Source of the DNA: an uncultured bacterium
GTDB taxonomy: Bacteria > Hinthialibacterota > Hinthialibacteria > Hinthialibacterales > Hinthialibacteraceae
Length of the DNA stretch: 64,000 bases
Direction: 5' to 3'
NCBI GenBank assembly: GCA_964419335.1
Contig: CAYQOX010000024.1
Coordinates: forward strand, 1,162 to 65,161
Part shown: one piece after another, positions 57,803 to 64,000 of the stretch
Layout: the number at the start of each line of letters is the position of its first letter
Position numbering within the stretch: position 1 is the stretch's first letter
Position numbers and translations under genes: made by a program
The notes under the pieces: generated by a model
What the model was told of the DNA's origin: nothing
What the model saw: the letters and a program-made list of their open reading frames with translations, nothing else
The model's database searches: none

Positions 57803-58879
57803 TTATTTCACGTTCATTAATGTTTTCATAATCAGCATATCCAGGGCTTCGTAGTTGCGTTGGGTGCGGTAGCGTTTGAGGCTGGCGCGGTCGATGGAGC
57901 GCGAAATGGTTAATAAGAGGTTAAACATTTCGCGGCTGTTTTTTAGGTGCATGGTGGCGTCTTTGTCTTTTTGGGTGCGTAAGGCTTTTACGTCGAGCCC
58001 GACATATTCCCCGTTGAGTCCGAAGCCGTGTTGATCCAAGACATCCACTTGATCGAAGGCGCGGCGCAGGTTCACCATACCAAAGGCGCGGTCTTGGTCA
58101 AATTTTAAGCCGTTTTGATCGTTAAGGTGGACGCTCCAAAGTTTTTTACAGGAGAGGGCGAAAGCCATATCATCAGCGGGGTCCAAGCCTGCGAGCACGG
58201 AGTGGGCTGATTCGATCAAGGCACCAACTCGATCGGGATCTTTGGCACGATAGGAGAGGGCGAGGAAGTGGCCGACGGTGGGCGAGTACATTTGATCCAT
58301 GGGTTCATTGGGTTTCATTTCGCCCAGGATTTTGATTTCGGAATCGTGGTCTAAAAGGATGTCGAGCCATTCCACCATGCGGTCGATGGATTCGACCGGA
58401 TCTTTGGCTTCGCGCAGGTAGGTGCCTTCGCGAGCAGGCCACCAGACGATTAATTTAGTACCGATCATATTGGCGATATCGACGGCGCGTTTGGAGCGAT
58501 CGATGGCGTATTGACGTTCTTTTTTGCTATTGGAGGTAATCCCGCCGTCGATGGTGCGGGGATCTTCCCATAAACGAGGGGCAATGAATTCGGGTTCAAG
58601 TTCCTCGCCTTCGATCATTTTGCGGACTCGGGTTACGCCTCGTTTGGTTTGGGTCTCATCCCAATCGGCGGGCACTACATCATCATCGTGCAATTGGACG
58701 CCAGTGAAACCAAGCTTTTTGTATTCTTTCAATTTGTTACCAAAGGAACGTTCTTTTCGTACGGCAGGTCCGAAGGGATCCGCCCCTTCATGGATGTTCC
58801 AAGGACCAAACGAAAAGCGGTATTTATCTGTGCGTCCTTGTTGATTGTTCGATGATTTTTTTGGGGTTTTACGAGCCAT
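57803..58879 (-). CDS. xylA: xylose isomerase (class I, short form)
   Basis: YRFSFGPWNIHEGADPFG (cf. FTFGLWTVGWQGRDPFG), KPNEPMDQMYSPTVGHFLA (cf. KPNEPRGDILLPTVGHALA), HLNDQNGLKFDQDRAFG (cf. HIDLNGQSGIKYDQDLRFG). Confidence 0.7.
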   Translation of the reverse strand: MARKTPKKSSNNQQGRTDKYRFSFGPWNIHEGADPFGPAVRKERSFGNKLKEYKKLGFTGVQLHDDDVVPADWDETQTKRGVTRVRKMIEGEELEPEFIAPRLWEDPRTIDGGITSNSKKERQYAIDRSKRAVDIANMIGTKLIVWWPAREGTYLREAKDPVESIDRMVEWLDILLDHDSEIKILGEMKPNEPMDQMYSPTVGHFLALSYRAKDPDRVGALIESAHSVLAGLDPADDMAFALSCKKLWSVHLNDQNGLKFDQDRAFGMVNLRRAFDQVDVLDQHGFGLNGEYVGLDVKALRTQKDKDATMHLKNSREMFNLLLTISRSIDRASLKRYRTQRNYEALDMLIMKTLMNVK

Positions 58880-59211
58880 GCTATTCCTCCATTTGTTATA
58901 GTTTATTTATGTTTGTTATCAACAAATAAATAAAAGTCAATCAAAGCAACTTCTGTGATTATGCCATGGAAGTAAATCCCTGTACAAGGTGAAATGTAAA
59001 AAAACAAAGTTTTATAGTCTTTTTTTGTATTGCATCAACTTCTTGATATACTTATTTTCCAAATAAAAAAGAAGATCATCACGGATTCTTTCTGCTTTTT
59101 TTTGTAAGAAAGGAGCCTTCCATTTTTTTAGTGCAGACCTAAGGTTTGCACTTATCCCAAGAAAAATTTGTTTTACGCAAATGTTTGTAATGTATTTTTG
59201 CGATCCATTAC

Positions 59212-59856
59212 TTGTATTCAAAAATATCAAGAAGGAAGGTTGTTACTATGTCTCGTATTTCTCCAAAACCTGAGAAAAAGTATCCATGGTATGCACGATT
59301 TTTCTTTTGGCTGCAGCGAAAAAAGTATGGTCAGGTGTTAGAGCCGGCTAAGTTGTGGGCGCGTTCTCCTCGCGTGTTTTTGGGAGTCGCTGCGCTTTAT
59401 GGTGCGTTGGATCGGAAGGGATCTCCTATTGATCCTATGCTGCGAGCGTTGATCACGGTCAAGGTTTCGCAAATCAATTGGTGTACATTTTGTGTGGATA
59501 TTAATTCAGCGACGGTCTTAAAACGGGGAGGATCGGAGCCGAAATTGAAGCATTTGGAGAATTATAAAGGAAGCGATTCTTTTACTGATAAGGAGAAGAT
59601 TGTTTTGGAATATGCGGAAGCGATGACTCTTACGGAGGCTGTGGTAACCGATGAAATGTTTGACCGATTGCGTCAGTATTTTGATGAGGATGCGCTATGT
59701 GAATTGACGGGATTGATTGCGTTTCAGAATCTTTCGAGTAAGTTTAATGCGACTTTGGATGTCCAGCCCCAAGGCTTTTGTGACATGGCCCCCCAAAGGA
59801 AAAAAGAAGAAGACAAGAAGGAGGTTCACGTAGATTCATCCTTGGGCAATAAGTAG
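59212..59856 (+). CDS. carboxymuconolactone decarboxylase (CMD/AhpD-like) family protein
   Basis: VSQINWCTFCVDINSA...EKIVLEYAEAMT...ELTGLIAFQNLSSKFN fits CMD-family pattern; start may be Met 59248. Confidence 0.6.
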   Translation: MYSKISRRKVVTMSRISPKPEKKYPWYARFFFWLQRKKYGQVLEPAKLWARSPRVFLGVAALYGALDRKGSPIDPMLRALITVKVSQINWCTFCVDINSATVLKRGGSEPKLKHLENYKGSDSFTDKEKIVLEYAEAMTLTEAVVTDEMFDRLRQYFDEDALCELTGLIAFQNLSSKFNATLDVQPQGFCDMAPQRKKEEDKKEVHVDSSLGNK

Positions 59857-59872
59857 GCAGGCAAGGTTTTGT

Positions 59873-60928
59873 TTAGCTCTGTACGATTTTTTTGATGGTT
59901 TCGATCAGCCGTTGGTTTTCCTGTTCGGTTCCGATGGCGAGACGCAGAGCGGATTGTTTGAGACCCAGGTTGGCGGTTTGATCGGAGACCAGGAATCCTT
60001 TTTGGGCAAGTTGCTGCGCCGGGTTTTCGATCTTGGTATCAAAGAGGGCAAGGAGGAAGTTGGTATGGGAGGGAAAGACTTGTAGGCCGAGTTGGGTGAG
60101 TTCATGGGCGAGCTGATTGCGTCGATGAATGAGCTCATAAATGCGTTTTTGGTAGATCTCGTGATCTTCGAGGGCGGCGATGGCGGCGGCTTGGGCTAAG
60201 GCATTGACCGGGAAGGTCATGGCAAAGCGTTCCAGGGTTTGGATGAGTTCCTCATGGGCGACCATATAGCCTAAGCGCAGTCCAGAGAGACCGAAACTTT
60301 TGGAGAGGCTGCGAAAGATGATGAGGTTTTTGTATTTGTGAATCAAGTCGACAAGGGTTTCTTCGCTGAATTCATAGTAGCATTCATCGATGACAAGGAT
60401 GCCGGGCAGATCGTTGATATACCGCACCAGCTGTTCTCTTGGGGAGAGGGTGCCGGTGGGATTGTTAGGATTGGCGACGAAGGTGAGTGCCACACCGCTG
60501 CGTTCATCTTGGGTGATATGGGAAAGAGGAGGGAGGGCGAATGTGGCGGTACGGCGAACGGTTTGGGTGTAGATGTCATGGCGATGGGCTGCGAACTGGT
60601 AGACGAAGAAGCTAGGCTCGAAGGTCAGGACTTTTTGGCCAGGGATACAAAAGGTAACGACGGCGAGGTCAATCAGTTCATCAGAGCCATTGCCGACCAG
60701 AATATTATGGGGGCTAACACCGTGTCCCACATAGTCCGCCAAGGCTTCGCGAAGTTGGATGGCGTTGGTATCAGGGTAGCGGTTGGCGTTCTGGGCGGCT
60801 TCGTAAATGCTTTGGAGTACATGAGGGGTTGGGGTGTAGGGATTTTCTCCCAGGTGAAGGTAGACTTGGGTTTTGGTTTCCCGCCAGAAGGAGGGGATAT
60901 CTTTTCTTGGGGGGAGAGAGTGTTTCAT
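59873..60928 (-). CDS. hisC: histidinol-phosphate aminotransferase (class II aminotransferase)
   Basis: NPNNPTG, FRSLSKSFGLSGLRLGY (PLP lysine region); ORF 60979 trimmed to ATG 60928 with GAGGA RBS. Confidence 0.7.
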   Translation of the reverse strand: MKHSLPPRKDIPSFWRETKTQVYLHLGENPYTPTPHVLQSIYEAAQNANRYPDTNAIQLREALADYVGHGVSPHNILVGNGSDELIDLAVVTFCIPGQKVLTFEPSFFVYQFAAHRHDIYTQTVRRTATFALPPLSHITQDERSGVALTFVANPNNPTGTLSPREQLVRYINDLPGILVIDECYYEFSEETLVDLIHKYKNLIIFRSLSKSFGLSGLRLGYMVAHEELIQTLERFAMTFPVNALAQAAAIAALEDHEIYQKRIYELIHRRNQLAHELTQLGLQVFPSHTNFLLALFDTKIENPAQQLAQKGFLVSDQTANLGLKQSALRLAIGTEQENQRLIETIKKIVQS

Positions 60929-61000
60929 AGGGGATTCCTCGCATAAAAAAGGGGCGCTCCCACGGTGAAAGCACCCCAATTTGTCAAACCGAAGCTACAA

Positions 61001-62029
61001 TTAGTCAGCGCCCATGCCATCTTCGAAGGAGCCAGCAGCGACCGGGAAGCAGAGGTGATCGCGGACGTATTGAATGCCGTTGGCACTGCAGGCATCGAGG
61101 TCGATATGTGCGCTTTCGGCTTCAACCACCATGGGGGCGGTTTTGGTACCCATGATCTGGCAATAGCGGGTGGGATAGTCGATTTGAATCATCAGTTCGA
61201 CGAAGCGGTTCATATTGATATCGCCAGTGGGCAGGTCGGTGAACTGCATCCCGCGTTTTGGCCAATCGGGATCCATGGAGCGGAGAGCGTGTTCGGGGCG
61301 AACCACGTGATTTTTAATGTGGCAGCCGTAGCAGCGATCGGCGAGGCGTAAGAATCTTTGTTCCCAGCCTTCGCCTTCCCAGCAGTGGGAGGGATCGACA
61401 TTGACGCCGAGGCATTTGTCGTGATCGCAAATCTCTACGAGCATTTGGAAGTCTTCGGTGCACATGGCGCCGGTTCCGGGGTGAATTTCATGGCAGATAT
61501 AAAAGCCTAATTGGTTAGCGCGTTCACGAATCTTGGCGGTTTTTTGAACGAAGCGTTCTTTTCCTTCTTTGACTAAGTCATATCCTGGACCCGCCCAGAA
61601 GCCCCAGGGATAACCGGTGGCTATTTCCCAACCAAAGGCGACTCCCCAGAACATGGGAATAATTTTCACATTTAATTCGGCAGCGAGGTCGAACATTTTG
61701 AGGATATAATCCTCAGCCCATTGTTCGATTTCCTGCAATGATTTTTGCGCCACGTCTCCTGGAAGGAAGGGTTTGATGGTAGGGCTGCCGGTCCATGCGG
61801 TGGTATGGACCCAGAAGGGGCAGTGCATAGAGAACCCATCCAAATGCAACCCTCGTGAATCAAATGCGGATTTGATTTCTTGGGCACTTTTGCCTTCCAG
61901 CATAAAATTGGATGGTTGAGCGCCGGCGGCTCCTGATTGTTTGGCGAAATCCAGAAATCCTTCCAAACCTTTTGGCCCATGTTGGGCACCTTCGACACTT
62001 GGATGGAAGCACGGTTGTGCCATAATCAA
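61001..62029 (-). CDS. sugar phosphate isomerase/epimerase family protein (xylose isomerase-like TIM barrel)
   Basis: AP_endonuc_2-like pattern (FYICHEIHPGTGAM, VDPSHCW). Confidence 0.55.
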   Translation of the reverse strand: MIMAQPCFHPSVEGAQHGPKGLEGFLDFAKQSGAAGAQPSNFMLEGKSAQEIKSAFDSRGLHLDGFSMHCPFWVHTTAWTGSPTIKPFLPGDVAQKSLQEIEQWAEDYILKMFDLAAELNVKIIPMFWGVAFGWEIATGYPWGFWAGPGYDLVKEGKERFVQKTAKIRERANQLGFYICHEIHPGTGAMCTEDFQMLVEICDHDKCLGVNVDPSHCWEGEGWEQRFLRLADRCYGCHIKNHVVRPEHALRSMDPDWPKRGMQFTDLPTGDINMNRFVELMIQIDYPTRYCQIMGTKTAPMVVEAESAHIDLDACSANGIQYVRDHLCFPVAAGSFEDGMGAD

Positions 62030-62186
62030 TTCTCCTTTTCATAATGTGTTTTATAGTCGCACGGAGAGAAAGGTTTCCCCACGCCTTTCTCTGCATAATG
62101 ACTATATTAAATTTCAAACTTACTCTTTTTTGCAAAATTCCTCAAGATGTGTTTAACTAGAATTTCATGAAAAAATAACGAAACGC

Positions 62187-62510
62187 TTATTCAAGCGAAT
62201 TTTGTAATTTTGTGATCTGTTCTTCGAGGCGGTCGATTTTTTTGTTGAGTTCATCGATGCGTTGGTTTTGGGATTGAAGCATGGCTTGTTGGGTTGAAAA
62301 AGAAGTTTGCAAGCCGGAAATTCTTTCTTCGAGATTTTCAACATCCCGTTGGAGGGCTCTAATATCGCGGGTGCCTAAATTTCCAAAGAAGAGAACAATG
62401 AGGATGAGGAGAATAATAGTTCCGCATCCAAGGGTGGCGCGATTGTTGTAATCGAAAAAGACTTGGGAGCGTCTCATGTGTTGGTAATTGTTGGGTTCTT
62501 GGTATTCCAT
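62187..62510 (-). CDS. small membrane-anchored coiled-coil protein
   Basis: One TM segment (GCGTIILLILIVLFF) then heptad-repeat region (LQRDVENLEERISGLQ...IDRLEEQITKLQN). Confidence 0.45.
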   Translation of the reverse strand: MEYQEPNNYQHMRRSQVFFDYNNRATLGCGTIILLILIVLFFGNLGTRDIRALQRDVENLEERISGLQTSFSTQQAMLQSQNQRIDELNKKIDRLEEQITKLQNSLE

Positions 62511-62518
62511 ATTGGTTG

Positions 62519-64000
62519 TTATTGATCCTTCTGGCGTTGATTAAATTGTTGGCGTTCTTTTTGGGTATAGTAGACATAGTGATCCCAAGGCGATTGTTCT
62601 TGCATGCGGGGATCCTCGGTTTGTTTGAGGTATGCTTCCATGCGTGCTTTCAGGGACTTTTTGATTTCTTGGTAGTCGGGATTTTCTGCGAGATTATGGA
62701 TTTCGCCGGGATCGTTTTCCAGATCATAGAGTTCTTCCGGTGGGCGTTTTTCGAAAGCGAGTAGGAAGAAGTTTTTTATAGCGGGATCTTCCTTGTGTTC
62801 GAGCATATAGGATTTGGATGGGCTGCCGTCGATATCCCCGTAATTCCCTCGCTTGGCGCTTTCATTGTCAGGGACGCCCGCAGGCCAACGGTCGGGTTCG
62901 TAGTTACGAATATAGCGGTAGCGATGGGTGCGGAGGGAGCGCATGGGATAGCCGACATCCTTGGGACGGCAGAGGGTGTGGCGTTCAAAGTAGGTGATAT
63001 TGAAGTCCCGTTGGGGATCGATGCGGTCTTCTTCGTCGCTTTGAAGAATAGGCATTAGGCTACGGCCGGCCATTTGTTTGGGGATGGGGAGTCCCGCGGC
63101 TTCGAGAAAGGTGGGTGCTACATCGACCAGACTCACCATGTCATTGACAACGCGGCCACCGGGAATTTTCTTAGGCCAGAACACGACAAAGGGTTCGCGG
63201 GTCCCCATGTCGTATAAATTGGCTTTGCAGCGGGGGAAGGGCATGCCGTTATCGGAAGTGGCAATGATCAGGGTATTCTCTAATTCGCCTTTTTCTTCCA
63301 AGGTGTTGATCATACGCATGAGATGGGCATCGAGGTGTTCGATTTCGTGATAATAATCCAGGACATCGCTGCGAATTTCAGGGGTATCGGGATAGGAGGG
63401 TGGAAGTTTGGCGTCTTCCAGTTTTTTGCCGGAATTTAATCCTGCGCCTTTTTCATAGACGCGATGCGGTTCGAAGGGGCCGTACCAGAAGCAGAAGGGT
63501 TGGTCTTGGGGGCGATCCTCGAGAAAGGCATCGAAGTTGGCGGCGTAGTCGATATTGTTCATGCCTTCGGGGCGAGGTTTGAGTTTGATTTGGTTATAGG
63601 CCTGGCCTGTGGGAGAGTCTTCCCAGCCTCCGGCTTTGAGGAAGCCTGGTCCCCAGGTTTTTCCTGTGGAGCCGATGGCATAGCCCGCTTTTTCGAGTAA
63701 TTTGGGGAAAACGGGAAATTTGCTGGGTAAGGCTCCATACAGCAGGCTTCCCTCTTCCAGACGCCAGGCGTGTTGCCCGGTGAGGACAGCACTGCGGGAA
63801 GGGGTGCAGGAGGGGGCGGCGGTGAAGGCATAGTTGAAGAGGACACCCTCGCGTGCGAGGCGATCGAAGGCGGGGGTATGGATGCCTTCGTCGCCGTAGG
63901 CTCCTACGTGGAGCCAGGATTGATCGTCGGAGATGACGAAGAGGATGTTGGGGCGTTCTTTTTGGCTATGGGCGGGGAGGTGGTTTAGGGAGGTTAGGGC
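62519..64000 (-). CDS. formylglycine-dependent sulfatase (iduronate-2-sulfatase/heparan-N-sulfatase-like), N-terminus beyond window end
   Basis: Frame is open and continuous from the window end through ORF 62519..63562: ...ILFVISDDQSWLHVGAYG...APSCTPSRSAVLTGQ (C-x-P-x-R)...MNNIDYAAN... Confidence 0.8.
   Translation of the reverse strand, partial: ALTSLNHLPAHSQKERPNILFVISDDQSWLHVGAYGDEGIHTPAFDRLAREGVLFNYAFTAAPSCTPSRSAVLTGQHAWRLEEGSLLYGALPSKFPVFPKLLEKAGYAIGSTGKTWGPGFLKAGGWEDSPTGQAYNQIKLKPRPEGMNNIDYAANFDAFLEDRPQDQPFCFWYGPFEPHRVYEKGAGLNSGKKLEDAKLPPSYPDTPEIRSDVLDYYHEIEHLDAHLMRMINTLEEKGELENTLIIATSDNGMPFPRCKANLYDMGTREPFVVFWPKKIPGGRVVNDMVSLVDVAPTFLEAAGLPIPKQMAGRSLMPILQSDEEDRIDPQRDFNITYFERHTLCRPKDVGYPMRSLRTHRYRYIRNYEPDRWPAGVPDNESAKRGNYGDIDGSPSKSYMLEHKEDPAIKNFFLLAFEKRPPEELYDLENDPGEIHNLAENPDYQEIKKSLKARMEAYLKQTEDPRMQEQSPWDHYVYYTQKERQQFNQRQKDQ

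Noticed and set aside
63559-63846. Apparent break of the terminal sulfatase into ORF 62519..63562 plus a separate 95-aa ORF, suggesting a frameshift
   Set aside because: Manual translation of the minus strand from the window end shows one continuous frame (…SCTPSRSAVLTGQ…MNNIDYAAN…). The ORF track simply started at the first Met. The 63559..63846 ORF is an out-of-frame artefact.

Overview
Bacterial chromosomal window containing the replication origin: dnaA on the minus strand at 50232..51644, with an upstream DnaA-box/AT-rich oriC candidate. Gene content suggests an anaerobic polysaccharide degrader of PVC-like lifestyle (Planctomycetota/Verrucomicrobiota/Lentisphaerota/Kiritimatiellota-type). 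Evidence: three formylglycine-type sulfatases, a PL10 pectate lyase, a DUF1080 lipoprotein, a DUF4038-like glycoside hydrolase, xylose isomerase and two xylose-isomerase-like TIM barrels, a Gfo/Idh/MocA oxidoreductase, many Tat (RRxFL) signals and lipobox lipoproteins. Most striking is a previously unnamed ~230-bp interspersed element: 9 copies in 64 kb (7 full-length, 2 five-prime fragments), with imperfect terminal inverted repeats (GGYTCATC-N7-TGAGTCCTTTTT) and clean 8-10 bp AT-rich target-site duplications, i.e. a MITE. Copies sit at 3' ends of convergent genes, inside promoter-proximal 5' leaders, or as truncated stubs abutting start codons. Second, a plus-strand cluster at 17.6-24.0 kb is headed by a PAS/sigma-54 enhancer-binding protein. 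It encodes four NifX/NafY-like (PF02579-type) small cofactor-binding proteins, two MinD/Mrp-type P-loop ATPases with inserted 4Fe-4S ferredoxin motifs, a DUF89 (CxxC) phosphatase-like protein and a DUF5320 protein. Two of these carry Gly/Arg-rich (RGG/GRG) tails. This is a conserved but functionally uncharacterised putative metallocofactor-handling module. Third, a decayed PNAG/cellulose-like exopolysaccharide locus at 3.4-7.2 kb: a PgaA/BcsC-like TPR plus beta-barrel, a REC-GGDEF-REC protein with a degenerate GGDEF, and a PgaC/IcaA-like GT2 remnant, each interrupted by a frameshift. Other notable items: a periplasmic c-type-heme (CxxCH, DUF3365-like) sensor with HAMP and a C-terminal Cys4 module in place of a kinase, next to a PilZ protein; three CgeB/DUF3880-like glycosyltransferase paralogs, two in tandem beside oriC; a GT-C/GT2 (polyprenyl-phosphate-sugar) pair with GalT and a sulfatase; and a divergent pair of unknown proteins at 32.7-34.9 kb. 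No rRNA, tRNA or CRISPR arrays were recognised.
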